Source: Oscillospiraceae bacterium
GTDB taxonomy: Bacteria > Bacillota > Clostridia > Oscillospirales > Oscillospiraceae
Direction of reading: 5' to 3'
DNA: 50,343 nt
Assembly (NCBI GenBank): GCA_022795905.1
Contig: JAAWHO010000001.1
Span: 1 to 50,343, forward strand
Shown here: positions 19,403-30,100 of the stretch, piece after piece
Numbering within the stretch: position 1 is the first letter of the stretch
How the letters are laid out: each line of letters opens with the position of its first letter
The notes under the pieces: generated by a model
Databases searched by the model: none
Told to the model about the DNA's origin: nothing
The model's input: the letters and a program-made list of their open reading frames with translations, nothing else
Made by a program: the position numbers and the translations under genes

Positions 19403-20181
19403 CGCCAGTCCACCCGGGCGGGATTTCTTGGGGCGGTGCGGCGGAAGCGCAGGTCCGTGTGCCCGACGATAAGACAGCTCTCCAGATGCCGCTTCTCTGT
19501 AAGGCCGAAGTACTCCCGCAGCTCCGGGTCGGACTGGATGGCCCGGGCGGCGAAGCCGCAGTACAGGGCGCCCAGCCCCAGGGCGTGGGCCATCAGCTCC
19601 ATGTTGGCCAGGGCCAGGCCGCCGTCCACGGGGCGCTCAGCGGTAACGGCAATCATCTGGTTCCCGCCGTAGAAGAGGGTGTCCGGCTCGTCCGGATGGG
19701 CGAGGTAGTCCTCATACCGGCGCAGGAGCACGATGCGGCCGCTCTTTCGGAAGTACCGGGCAAAGGCGTCCCAGAGCTTGGGCCGCATGGCCTCAAACTC
19801 CCGGTCCAGTACCGTGAAGCCCACGGTCTGGCTGTTAGTGCTGGTGGGGGCGCAGCGGCCGGCCTCCAGCAACAGCTCCATCTCCCGCCGGGAGACCTTC
19901 TCCCCGGTGAAGCGGCGGATGGACCGGCGGAAGCGCATGGCGTTGAGCAGGACCTCCGGCTCCAGAGCAAAGCGGCCGGCCTCGTACTCCACCGGGGCCT
20001 CCAGCCCCTCCATGGAAACCGCCCTCGCCGGACAGAGCGCCACGCACTGGCCACAGGCAAAGCAGCCGTCTCCGGGAAGAATGGCGCCATCGGGCTTCAG
20101 GGTGAGAGCGTGAACACAGCAGTTTGCCACGCACTGGCCGCAGCCTGTGCAGAGGTCCTGATTGATGTGGATATGGCTCAT
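19399..20181 (-). CDS. nitroreductase family protein with N-terminal 2x[4Fe-4S] ferredoxin domain
   Basis: CTGCGQCVANC and CFACGQCVALCP cluster motifs. These are followed by a nitroreductase core (RRSIRRF, APTSTNSQ). Confidence 0.8.
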   Translation of the reverse strand: MSHIHINQDLCTGCGQCVANCCVHALTLKPDGAILPGDGCFACGQCVALCPARAVSMEGLEAPVEYEAGRFALEPEVLLNAMRFRRSIRRFTGEKVSRREMELLLEAGRCAPTSTNSQTVGFTVLDREFEAMRPKLWDAFARYFRKSGRIVLLRRYEDYLAHPDEPDTLFYGGNQMIAVTAERPVDGGLALANMELMAHALGLGALYCGFAARAIQSDPELREYFGLTEKRHLESCLIVGHTDLRFRRTAPRNPARVDWR

Positions 20182-20353
20182 AAAGCAGACTCTCCTTCTT
20201 TTATCGCAGTGAACAGAGGGTATTATAGTACATCCCTTTCCAAAATTCCAGCCTGGTCATAAAAAATTTGCAAAATACTACTTTTCAAACCATAGAAAAT
20301 ATATTAGAATAGGAACTGGAATACGCGACCAAAAAGAAAGCGGAGGAGAACGT

Positions 20354-21082
20354 ATGGAGGAACCAACCTATAAGAGAGTCCTGCTGAAGCTCAGCGGTGA
20401 GGCCTTGGCCGGCGAGCGGCATTTCGGCCTGGATTTTGAAACCATCGGCCGGGTCTGCGACGCCGTGAAGGAAGCCGCGGCCATGGGTGTCCAGGTGGGC
20501 ATCGTGGTGGGCGGCGGCAATTTCTGGCGGGGCGCCAAGGACGGCGGGGGCCGCATGGAGCGCACCCGGGCCGACCACATGGGGATGCTGGCCACAACCA
20601 TGAACTGCCTGGCTGTGGCGGAGGCCCTGGAGCAGAGGGAGGTGCCCGTGCGGGTGCAGACCGCCCTGGAGATGCCCGCTGTGGCGGAGCCCTATGTCCG
20701 GGCCAAGGCTGTGAACCATCTGGAGAAGGGGAGGGTGGTGGTCTTTGGCTGCGGCACCGGCAACCCCTTTTTCTCCACGGACACTGCCGCCGTGCTCCGT
20801 GCCGCCGAGATCGGCGCGGAGGTTATCCTGCTGGCGAAAAACGTGGACGGCGTGTACAGCGCGGACCCCAACAAGGACCCCGACGCGGTGCGGTATGACG
20901 CCATTACCTACGACGATGTGCTGGCTCAGCGCCTGGCTGTCATGGACTCTACCGCCACCAGCCTGGCAATGGATAACCATATTCCCGTACAGGTCTTTGC
21001 TCTCAAAGACCCCGGCAACATTCTCCGGGTACTGCGGGGCGAAAAGATAGGAACGATTGTGAAGGAGGAACTGGCACAATGA
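20354..21082 (+). CDS. pyrH: UMP kinase
   Basis: [23 protein letters not shown] and [13 protein letters not shown] motifs. Confidence 0.95.
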   Translation: MEEPTYKRVLLKLSGEALAGERHFGLDFETIGRVCDAVKEAAAMGVQVGIVVGGGNFWRGAKDGGGRMERTRADHMGMLATTMNCLAVAEALEQREVPVRVQTALEMPAVAEPYVRAKAVNHLEKGRVVVFGCGTGNPFFSTDTAAVLRAAEIGAEVILLAKNVDGVYSADPNKDPDAVRYDAITYDDVLAQRLAVMDSTATSLAMDNHIPVQVFALKDPGNILRVLRGEKIGTIVKEELAQ

Positions 21083-21633
21083 AAAGCGAATACAAGGTTT
21101 ATGAGGAAAAAATGAGGAAGTCCATCGAGTCCGTTGCCGCGGACTTCGCCGCCGTCCGGGCGGGCCGGGCCAACGCCGCCGTGCTGGACCGGATTATGGT
21201 GGACTACTACGGCACCCCTACCCCGATCCACCAGATTGCGTCTATCGGTTCCCCCGATCCCCGGACACTGACCATCCAGCCCTGGGATGCCAGCGCGGTG
21301 AAGCTCATCTGCAAGGCTATCCAGGAGTCCGACCTGGGCATCAACCCCCAGAACGACGGCAAGATTATCCGCCTGGCCTTCCCCCAGCTTACCGAGGAGC
21401 GCCGCAAGGAGCTGGTCAAGCAGATCGCCAAGTACGCTGAGGGCGGCAAGGTGGCCATCCGCAACATCCGCCGGGACGCGGTGGACGCGTTCAAGGCCCA
21501 GAAGAAGAACAGCGAGATCACGGAGGATGACCTGAAGATCGCCGAGAAGGACATCCAGAAGATGACCGACGATATGTGCAAGGAGGTCGACGCGCTGCTG
21601 GCCGCGAAGGAGAAAGAGCTTCTGGCGGTCTGA
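21079..21633 (+). CDS. frr: ribosome recycling factor
   Basis: 184 aa, RRF-like throughout ([22 protein letters not shown]). ATGA overlap with pyrH. Confidence 0.95.
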   Translation: MKSEYKVYEEKMRKSIESVAADFAAVRAGRANAAVLDRIMVDYYGTPTPIHQIASIGSPDPRTLTIQPWDASAVKLICKAIQESDLGINPQNDGKIIRLAFPQLTEERRKELVKQIAKYAEGGKVAIRNIRRDAVDAFKAQKKNSEITEDDLKIAEKDIQKMTDDMCKEVDALLAAKEKELLAV

Positions 21634-21651
21634 GCGGAAGCGTAGGAGCGC

Positions 21652-22404
21652 ATGAAACTGGCCTTTTGGAAAAAAGAGGGCGAACCAGCGGGGCAGGTGG
21701 ACTTTAGCCGTCTGCCCCGCCATATCGCCATTATACTGGACGGAAATGGCCGCTGGGCCCAGAAGCGGGGCCTGCCCCGGACGGCGGGGCACAAGGTGGG
21801 GGCGGAGGCCTTCCGCACCATCGCCACCTACTGCCGGGACATCGGCATCGACTATCTGACGGTCTACGCCTTCTCCACGGAGAACTGGAAGCGTCCCGAG
21901 GAGGAGGTGGGCACCATCATGTCCCTGCTCAAGCGGTACCTTCTGGAGGCCATTGACACCATGGAGCGGGACAATGTGCGATTGCGCTTCATGGGGGATA
22001 TGGGGCCGCTGAATGAGGAGCTGCGGGGCTTGGTGGACGAGTGCAACGCCATCTCCGACCGTCTCACGGGCTGCCAGTGCTGCATCTGCATCAACTACGG
22101 GGGGCGGGACGAGATTGTCCACGCCGCCCGGAAATTTGCTATGGACTGTACTGCAGGGACTGTAAAGCCAGAACAGTTGACAGAGGAATCCTTTGACGGC
22201 TACCTCTATTCTGCCGGAATTCCCAGCCCGGAGCTGCTTATCCGCCCCGGCGGGGAGCAGCGGCTGAGCAATTTCCTGCTGTGGCAGTGCGCCTATGCGG
22301 AGTTTTACTTTACAGATGTACTGTGGCCGGACTTCACCAAGGCGGAGCTCCACCGGGCCATCGCGGCCTATCAGCGTCGGAACCGCCGCTTCGGCGCGGT
22401 GTGA
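21652..22404 (+). CDS. uppS: isoprenyl transferase (undecaprenyl diphosphate synthase)
   Basis: PRHIAIILDGNGRWA, YAFSTENWKRP and RLSNFLLWQ motifs. Confidence 0.95.
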   Translation: MKLAFWKKEGEPAGQVDFSRLPRHIAIILDGNGRWAQKRGLPRTAGHKVGAEAFRTIATYCRDIGIDYLTVYAFSTENWKRPEEEVGTIMSLLKRYLLEAIDTMERDNVRLRFMGDMGPLNEELRGLVDECNAISDRLTGCQCCICINYGGRDEIVHAARKFAMDCTAGTVKPEQLTEESFDGYLYSAGIPSPELLIRPGGEQRLSNFLLWQCAYAEFYFTDVLWPDFTKAELHRAIAAYQRRNRRFGAV

Positions 22405-22454
22405 GACGATCTGATCTCATAATTACAGAGAGAATTCCCAAGGAGGGCTTTCGG

Positions 22455-23258
22455 ATGAAATCAAGATTACTGGTGGCGGCTGTCGGCGTACCGCTGATTC
22501 TCTGGGTGGTGCTGTGGGCCCCGATCCATGTCCTTGTGGTATTCCTGGCGGCGCTGTCGGCCATCGCGGCCTGGGAACTGATGAAGTGCGTAGGGGCGCT
22601 GGGCCACAGGCTGCTGTGGGTTGGCGCGGTGCTGGGGGCGCTGTTCTCCGTGGGCTTCTCCTTTGTGAAGGTTTATATCTATGGGGAGCTGGTGGTGGCC
22701 TACGCCATGCTGGTGTTTGCCTACGCCGTTTTTCGGGGCGGGGAGGTGAAGTTTCAGCAGATCATGGCGGCGCTCTTCGCCATGTTTATCGTGCCCTATG
22801 CCTTTGCCTCCTTCCTGCGGCTGGAGGCGATGGGGTATCACCGCGCCTTCCTGCTGCTGCCGCTGATTTTCTCCTTCGGCAGCGATACCTTCGCCTTCTT
22901 TGCCGGCCTCACCCTGGGGAAGCACAAGCTGGCCCCGAGGGTCAGCCCCAAAAAAACCGTGGAGGGCTCTGTCGGAGGTCTGCTGGGCAACGCCCTTTGC
23001 GGCATTGTGTTCGCCTTGGTGATGAACCTGGGGCTGGGCTATGATATCAGCTACCCGGGGATCGCTGTTCTGGGGATCGGGTGCAGTGTAGCGGCCCAGC
23101 TGGGGGATCTGAGCTTTTCCCTCATCAAGCGGGAGTTCGGCATTAAGGACTATGGCCGGATCTTTCTGGAGCACGGCGGCGTGCTGGACCGGTTTGACAG
23201 TGTGATCTTTGTGGCGCCGGTGCTGGGCATCCTCATGCCCCTGCTGGGCCTGCGGTGA
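22455..23258 (+). CDS. cdsA: phosphatidate cytidylyltransferase
   Basis: Polytopic membrane protein with the C-terminal signature SLIKREFGIKDYG..GHGGVLDRFDS. ATG 22455 follows AAGGAGG. Confidence 0.9.
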   Translation: MKSRLLVAAVGVPLILWVVLWAPIHVLVVFLAALSAIAAWELMKCVGALGHRLLWVGAVLGALFSVGFSFVKVYIYGELVVAYAMLVFAYAVFRGGEVKFQQIMAALFAMFIVPYAFASFLRLEAMGYHRAFLLLPLIFSFGSDTFAFFAGLTLGKHKLAPRVSPKKTVEGSVGGLLGNALCGIVFALVMNLGLGYDISYPGIAVLGIGCSVAAQLGDLSFSLIKREFGIKDYGRIFLEHGGVLDRFDSVIFVAPVLGILMPLLGLR

Positions 23259-23274
23259 GGGGAGGAGCGTGCAT

Positions 23275-24423
23275 ATGTCAAGAGCAATTTCCCTCCTGGG
23301 CTCCACCGGCTCCATCGGCCGGCAGACCCTGGAGGTCTGCGAAGAAATTGGTGTAAAGGTGGAAGCCTTGACGGCTAAAAGCAGCGTGGACCTGTTGGAG
23401 GAGCAGGTCCGCCGCTTCCGGCCCAGTCTGGCCGTCTTGGAAAATCTGGAGGCGGCTATGGAGCTCAGACGCCGCCTGTCGGACGTGGACGTGGAGGTGG
23501 CTTACGGCCTGGACGGCCTGCTCCGCGCCGCTGCCCTGCCGCTCAGCGATACCGTCGTCACCGCTGTAGTGGGGGTAGCTGGGCTCCGGCCCACCCTGGC
23601 CGCTATCGAGAAGGGCAAGCGGATCGCTCTGGCCAACAAGGAGACCCTGGTCTGCGCCGGGGAGCTGGTCATGCAGGCCGCCCGGCGGTACGGTGCGGAG
23701 ATCATTCCGGTGGACAGCGAACACTCCGCGATTTTCCAGTGCCTTCAGGGGTGCCGGGACTGGCGGGAGGTCCGGCGGGTAATTCTGACCTGCTCCGGCG
23801 GGCCGTTTTTTGGCCTGCGCCGGGAGGAAATTGCGGGGAAGGGAAGAGCCGACGCCCTCCGCCACCCCAACTGGACCATGGGGGAGAAGATCACGGTGGA
23901 CTGCGCCTCCCTGATGAACAAGGGCCTGGAGTTCATCGAGGCCATGCACCTGTTTCGGATGCCGCCTGAGCGGGTGGGCGTGGTCATCCACCGGCAGAGC
24001 ATCGTCCACTCCATGGTGGAGTACTGGGACGGCGCGGTCCTGGCCCAGATGGGGACGCCGGATATGCGCCTGCCGATCCGGTACGCCCTGACCTACCCGG
24101 AGCGGGCAGGGACGGAGCTGCCGGCGCTGGACCTGCTGCGCTGCCCGCCGCTGACATTCCAGGAGCCGGATCTGGACGTGTTCCCCTGCCTGCGGATGGC
24201 AATGGAATGCGCCCAGGCCGGGGGCACCTCCTGCGCGGTGCTCAACGGCGCCAACGAGGAGGCGGTGGGGATGTTCCTCCGGGAGGAGATCTCCTTCGGG
24301 CAGATCCCAGAGCTGGTGGAAGGTGCGCTGTCCCAAATTTCGGTGAAATATCATCCAAGCCTGGAGGATATACTGGAAGCAGACCGGCAAGCGCGGGAGT
24401 GTGTGAAACGGAGGGCACAATGA
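23275..24423 (+). CDS. dxr: 1-deoxy-D-xylulose 5-phosphate reductoisomerase
   Basis: ISLLGSTGSIGRQTL NADPH-binding N-terminus; LANKETLV; DSEHSAIFQC. Confidence 0.95.
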   Translation: MSRAISLLGSTGSIGRQTLEVCEEIGVKVEALTAKSSVDLLEEQVRRFRPSLAVLENLEAAMELRRRLSDVDVEVAYGLDGLLRAAALPLSDTVVTAVVGVAGLRPTLAAIEKGKRIALANKETLVCAGELVMQAARRYGAEIIPVDSEHSAIFQCLQGCRDWREVRRVILTCSGGPFFGLRREEIAGKGRADALRHPNWTMGEKITVDCASLMNKGLEFIEAMHLFRMPPERVGVVIHRQSIVHSMVEYWDGAVLAQMGTPDMRLPIRYALTYPERAGTELPALDLLRCPPLTFQEPDLDVFPCLRMAMECAQAGGTSCAVLNGANEEAVGMFLREEISFGQIPELVEGALSQISVKYHPSLEDILEADRQARECVKRRAQ

Positions 24424-24956
24424 AAAAACTACTGATGATCGCCGCAGCGCTGCTGCTGCTCTGCTCCTGCGCGGGGAAAGAGAGCAGTCCGGTCCGTACG
24501 GTAGAGAGCTATGGCAGGGTCTACACCGTGGACACAGAGAACCAGACGATCACCTATGAAGGGGTAGTGTACAGCTTTGACATCGAGTCCTCTGGAGGAC
24601 AGGGCTATTCGGTGCGCTTCACCGCCCCGGACGGGGCCACCAGCTTTTGGAACGAGGACGGTATGGGCGGCGTCGGCGGAGGGAGCGATGACTGGGACAT
24701 GGATGTATGGCCCAGTGATCTGGCGAAAGCGCTGAACGGCGGCTCCCAGAGTGCGCGGAGGGGGACCGGCAATCCGCTGCTGGGGCTGCTGCTGATTGCG
24801 ATAGGGGCCTTCCATGCGTTGGCCCCGGGGATCGCGTGGTATCTCAGCCACGGCTGGCGGTTCAAAGACGCGGAGCCCTCTGAGGCGGCGCTGTTCTTTA
24901 GCCGGGCCGGGGGCATAGTCGCAATTTTCATTGGCATCATTTTCTTTTTCGTCTGA
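24420..24956 (+). CDS. hypothetical lipoprotein with C-terminal membrane domain
   Basis: 178 aa; lipobox MKKLLMIAAALLLLCSC; C-terminal two-TM region with a WRFKDAEPSE motif. ATGA overlap with the dxr stop. Confidence 0.6.
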   Translation: MKKLLMIAAALLLLCSCAGKESSPVRTVESYGRVYTVDTENQTITYEGVVYSFDIESSGGQGYSVRFTAPDGATSFWNEDGMGGVGGGSDDWDMDVWPSDLAKALNGGSQSARRGTGNPLLGLLLIAIGAFHALAPGIAWYLSHGWRFKDAEPSEAALFFSRAGGIVAIFIGIIFFFV

Positions 24957-25000
24957 GCGGGGTCTGCCCGCCAGCAATCGCAAGGAAGGGACACATTTCT

Positions 25001-26068
25001 ATGTATATTATCCTGGCAATCCTGTTGTTTGGACTTCTCATCGCGGCCCACGAGTGGGGGCACTTCATCGCGGCGCGGCTGTGCGGCGTGACGGTGAAGG
25101 AGTTCTCTATCGGTATGGGCCCATGTTTGTGGAAGAAGCAGGGGAAAAAGGGAACCCAGTTCTCTGTCCGGGCGCTGCCTATCGGGGGCTACTGCGCCAT
25201 GGAGGGAGAGGACGAGGAGTCCGAGGACCCTCACAGCCTGGGGAACCAGGGCTTCTGGAAGAAGGTGCTGGTATTTGCCGCCGGCGCGGTCATGAACCTG
25301 ATCGTGGGGGTCGTGTTCATCTTTATCCTGTACGCGGGGGCGGGCGCCTTCCGCACAGCGGAGATTACGGGCTTTGCCCCGGAGTTCCCGCTGGAGGGGG
25401 AGGATGGCCTGATGGCCGGGGATGTTCTGTACTCCATTGACGGAGAGCGCATCTATATTTTCAGCGACATCAGCATTTTCCTCTCCCGGGGGAACGGCAG
25501 AGACTTTGACCTGGTGGTCCTGCGGGACGGGGAGAAGGTGGTCCTGAACGACTTCCCCATGGTCCAGCGGGAGTACACCAGCCCGGATGGAAACGGAACC
25601 TATGTCGGCTTCGGTCTGTCCTTTGGCGGGCTGGAGGAGGCCACCTTTGCTGCGAAGCTGAAAATGACCTGGCTGAACACCATTGATTTTATCCGTATTG
25701 TCCGCTACAGTCTCCAGGAGCTGGTGACCGGCCGCGCGGGGATGCAGGACCTCAACGGCCCGGTGGGCATCGTCTCCACCATCAACGACGTGGGACAGCA
25801 GAGCGCCAGTGTCCGGGACGCCCTGGAGAATATCATCTATTTGGGCGCGATGATCAGCGTCAACCTGGCGGTGTTCAACCTCCTGCCCATTCCGGCCCTG
25901 GACGGAGGGCATATCCTCTTCCTGGTGGTATCCACGGTTTCGGAGAAGCTCTTCCGGCGGAGGATCCCCGTCCGGTATGAGGCGGTGATTAATCTTGTGT
26001 TCTTCGCCCTGCTGATGGCGCTGAGCGCGTTTGTGACATTTAACGATATTATGAAGCTGGTGAAATAG
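25001..26068 (+). CDS. rseP: RIP metalloprotease RseP (site-2 protease)
   Basis: HEWGHFIAARL zinc motif, an internal PDZ-like region, and NLLPIPALDGG. Confidence 0.9.
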   Translation: MYIILAILLFGLLIAAHEWGHFIAARLCGVTVKEFSIGMGPCLWKKQGKKGTQFSVRALPIGGYCAMEGEDEESEDPHSLGNQGFWKKVLVFAAGAVMNLIVGVVFIFILYAGAGAFRTAEITGFAPEFPLEGEDGLMAGDVLYSIDGERIYIFSDISIFLSRGNGRDFDLVVLRDGEKVVLNDFPMVQREYTSPDGNGTYVGFGLSFGGLEEATFAAKLKMTWLNTIDFIRIVRYSLQELVTGRAGMQDLNGPVGIVSTINDVGQQSASVRDALENIIYLGAMISVNLAVFNLLPIPALDGGHILFLVVSTVSEKLFRRRIPVRYEAVINLVFFALLMALSAFVTFNDIMKLVK

Positions 26069-26072
26069 GGAG

Positions 26073-27110
26073 ATGACAAAGCAGATTCAAGTGGGAGCTG
26101 TCGCCGTAGGCGGCGGCGCGCCGGTGTCTATCCAGTCCATGTGCAGCACCAAGACCGACAATGTCTCCGCCACGGTGGAGCAGATCCTCGCGCTGGAGGC
26201 GGCCGGGTGTGAGATCGTGCGGGTGGCGGTGCCGGATATGGCGGCGGCGAAGGCTGTCGGGCAGATCAAGAGCCGTATTCATATCCCCCTGGTGGCGGAT
26301 ATCCACTTTGACTATAAGCTGGCCCTGGAGTGCGTCAGCCAGGGGATCGACAAAATCCGGATCAACCCCGGCAACATCGGGGGAGAGGACCATGTGAAGG
26401 CGGTAGCGGATGCCTGCCGGGCCGCCCGGATTCCCATCCGCATCGGCGTCAACGGCGGTTCCCTGGAGAGGGAACTGCTGAAAAAGCACGGCGGGGCTAC
26501 GGCGGAAGCGCTGGCGGAGAGTGCGCTGGGCCATGCGGCCCTGTTGGAGAGGGTTGATTTCACGGACATCTGCATCTCCGTGAAGTGCTCCTCTGTGCCG
26601 GTGACTATCGGGGCCTATCGGGCCCTGCGGGAGAAGTGTAATTATCCGCTGCACCTGGGGGTGACGGAGGCGGGGACGCCGGCGATGGGGATGGTCAAAT
26701 CCGCCATGGGCATCGGCGGACTGCTGTGTATGGGGATTGGCGATACCCTGCGGGTGACGCTGACCGCCGACCCGGTGGAGGAGGTTTACGCGGCGAAGAA
26801 GATCCTTCTTGCCGCCGGCCTGCGGCAGGAGGGGCCGAATATTATCTCCTGCCCCACCTGCGGGAGGACCAACATTGATCTGATCCCCATTGCCCAGGAG
26901 GTGGAGCGGCGGCTGGCCGGCTGCACCAAGGCGATCACAGTTGCCGTGATGGGGTGCGCGGTCAACGGACCCGGTGAGGCCGCCGCCGCCGATGTGGGGA
27001 TCGCCGGCGGAAAAGGGGAGGGGCTTCTGTTCCGGAAGGGACAGATCCTGCGGAAGGTGCCCCAGGAAAAGCTGGTGGATGCGCTCATCGAGGAGATTGA
27101 GACGCTTTGA
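26073..27110 (+). CDS. ispG: 4-hydroxy-3-methylbut-2-en-1-yl diphosphate synthase (flavodoxin)
   Basis: VSIQSM, VRVAVPD, RINPGNIG, CPTCGR and GCAVNGPGE motifs. Confidence 0.95.
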   Translation: MTKQIQVGAVAVGGGAPVSIQSMCSTKTDNVSATVEQILALEAAGCEIVRVAVPDMAAAKAVGQIKSRIHIPLVADIHFDYKLALECVSQGIDKIRINPGNIGGEDHVKAVADACRAARIPIRIGVNGGSLERELLKKHGGATAEALAESALGHAALLERVDFTDICISVKCSSVPVTIGAYRALREKCNYPLHLGVTEAGTPAMGMVKSAMGIGGLLCMGIGDTLRVTLTADPVEEVYAAKKILLAAGLRQEGPNIISCPTCGRTNIDLIPIAQEVERRLAGCTKAITVAVMGCAVNGPGEAAAADVGIAGGKGEGLLFRKGQILRKVPQEKLVDALIEEIETL

Positions 27111-27144
27111 GTCCGGAGAACGCTGTACATATTGAGAGGGAACT

Positions 27145-30100
27145 ATGCCGCAGAAGATACCATTTTTTGAATTATTCACGACCCTGACCCTCCCCTGGCA
27201 GGAGCGCCTGGCCCTGGAGGGGGCGTATCTGACCAACGTCGAGGTGGAAAAGGAAAAAAGGACCCTTGCCATGGCCCTGACGACGACAACGGATCTGGGG
27301 GAGGGGAAGGACAAGCTCTCCTCCGCGGTGGCGGCGGCCTACGGCCTGGTAAAGGTCTCCATCCATCAGACCGTCTCCGCGCCGACTGCCGCCCCGTCCT
27401 CCGCCAAAACCGGCGGAAACGAGGTCATTATGGGCCTCCCCATCAAGAAGGAGGTCCAGCCCATGGCCGGCCTCAACCCCAAAATGGGCGGCGTGGTGGT
27501 GGCCGGCAAGGTCTTTTTTGCCGATCTCTACGAAACCCGCCGTCCTGGTGTTTTTTGCCTGACCTTCGACATGACGGACTTCCAGACCTCCGTCCGGGTG
27601 ACCAAGTACCTGGAGAAGGAGGAGAAGGCCAGGCTGAAAAAGGACATCAAGCCCGGTATGTGGCTGAAGGTTCAGGGCTATGTGAAGCTCAACCGGGACG
27701 GCAGCGACGTTTTGGTGGACCCTAAAAATATTACGACCTATCCCTACGAGATGCGCAGGGACACCGCTGAGATCAAGCGTGTGGAGCTCCACGCCCACAC
27801 CACCTTCTCCAACATGGACGCCCTCACGTCCCTGAGCCCCAAGGCCGGACCGGAGGGGAATCTGGTCAAACGGGCGGAGTCCTGGGGACATCCGGCTATC
27901 GCCATTACGGACCACGGCGTGGCCCAGGGCTTTCCGGACGCCTGGCACTCGGCCAAGGATATTAAACTCCTCTACGGTATGGAGGGCTATTTCATCAACA
28001 ACCTGGACGACCGTATTGCTGTCCACGGAGAACAGGAGGCATCGTTTTCCGACGAGTATGTGGCCTTTGATATTGAGACCACCGGCCTGAAGGTAAAGCA
28101 GGAGACCATCACGGAGATTGGCGCGGTGGTCATTAAAAACGGCGAGATTGGGGAGCGGTTCCAGACCTTTGTAAACCCGGGGCGGCACCTGACGCCGGAG
28201 ATCATCGCCCTCACCGGCATCACTGACCAGATGCTCCAGGGCGCCCCAAAGCCGGCGGAGGCGCTGAGGGCATTTCTGGAGTTTGTCGGGGACCGGCCTC
28301 TGGCGGCCCACAACGCGGAGTTTGACATCGGCTTTATCCGGGAGGGCTGCCGCCAGGCGGGGCTGGACTTTGACCCCACCTACATAGATACGCTGATTCT
28401 GGCCCAGAACCTGCTGCCGGAGCTGGGGAAGTTCAAGCTGGACATCGTGGCGGAGCACCTGAAGCTCCCGGCCTTCCAGCACCACCGGGCCAGCGACGAC
28501 GCGGCCACCTGCGGGCTCTTTCTGCCCCACTTTTTCAAAAAGCTGGAGGAGGAGCTGGAGGTCCGCACCCTCCAGGCCATTAACGAGGCCATGCCGGCCC
28601 TGCGGAAAAACGGCCATTCCAACCGCAAGCCCAAGCATATCATCCTGATTGCCAAAAACAAGGTTGGGCTGAAAAACCTGTATCAGCTCATCTCCATGTC
28701 TAACCTGAAATATTTTAAGCGCTTTCCCATTATCCCCAAGCACGAGCTCGTCGCCCACCGGGAGGGGCTGATTGTGGGCTCCGCCTGCGAGGCGGGGGAG
28801 CTCTTCCAGGCGGTGGCGGAATACAAGGACTGGGCGGAGCTCAGACGGATCGCCTCCTTCTATGACTTCCTGGAAATCCAGCCCCTGTGCAACAACGCCT
28901 TTATGCTCCGGGACGGCAAGGCCAGGGACGAGGAAGAGCTGCGGGAGTGGAACCGGACAGTGGTCCGCCTGGGGGAGGAGCTGGGCAAGCCGGTGTGTGC
29001 TACCGGCGACGTCCACTTTCTGGACCCGGAGGACGAGATCTACCGGCATATCCTGCTGGATACCAAGAAATTCTCCGACTGCGACTCCCCGCTGCCCATC
29101 TATTTCCGCACTACGGATGAGATGCTGGAGGAGTTTTCCTACCTGGGGGAGGAGAAGGCCATGGAGGTGGTGGTCACCAACACCCGGGCCATCGCCGAGC
29201 AGGTGGAAACCTTCGACCTGCTGCCCAAGGGGAAGCTGTTCCCGCCCAGGCTGGAGAACTCTGAGGAAGATTTGAACCGCCTGGTGTGGGACAAGGTCCA
29301 CGAGCTCTATGGCGAGGACCCGCCCAGCCTGATTGTGGACCGGCTGAACGTGGAGCTGGGGGGCATCCTGGGGAAATACGACGTGGTCTATATGTCTGCC
29401 CAGAAGCTGGTGCAGCGCTCCCTGGAGAACGGCTATCTGGTGGGCTCCCGGGGCTCCGTGGGGTCCTCTCTGGTGGCATATATGTCCGGGATTACGGAGG
29501 TTAACGCCCTGCCGCCCCACTACCGCTGCCCCAAGTGCAAGCACAATGAGTTTATTTTGGACGGCTCCTACGGCTGCGGGGCGGATATGCCAGATAAAAT
29601 CTGCCCGGAGTGCGGGACAAAGTATGTCAAGGACGGCTTTGACATCCCATTCGAGACATTTTTGGGCTACGGTGGCGGCAAGGTGCCGGATATTGACCTG
29701 AACTTCTCCGGCGAGTACCAGGCCAGGGCACACCGCCATGCCATCGAGATGTTCGGGGAGACCCAGGTGTTCCGGGCGGGGACCATCGGTACCGTGGCGG
29801 AGAAAACGGCCTACGGCTATGTCAAGAAGTATCTGGAGGCCAGGGGCCTGAACCCCGGCCATGCGGAGGAAAATCGTTTGGCCCTGGGCTGCGTGGGAGT
29901 AAAGCGGACTACCGGCCAGCACCCCGGCGGGCTGGTAGTGGTGCCGGATGATTTGGATGTGGAGGACTTCTGCCCCGTTCAGCACCCGGCGGACGCCGCC
30001 GACAGCGACATTATCACCACTCACTTTGAATATCACTGCATGGAGGACAACCTCCTCAAGCTGGATATGCTGGGCCACGATGACCCGTCCATGGTGCGCA

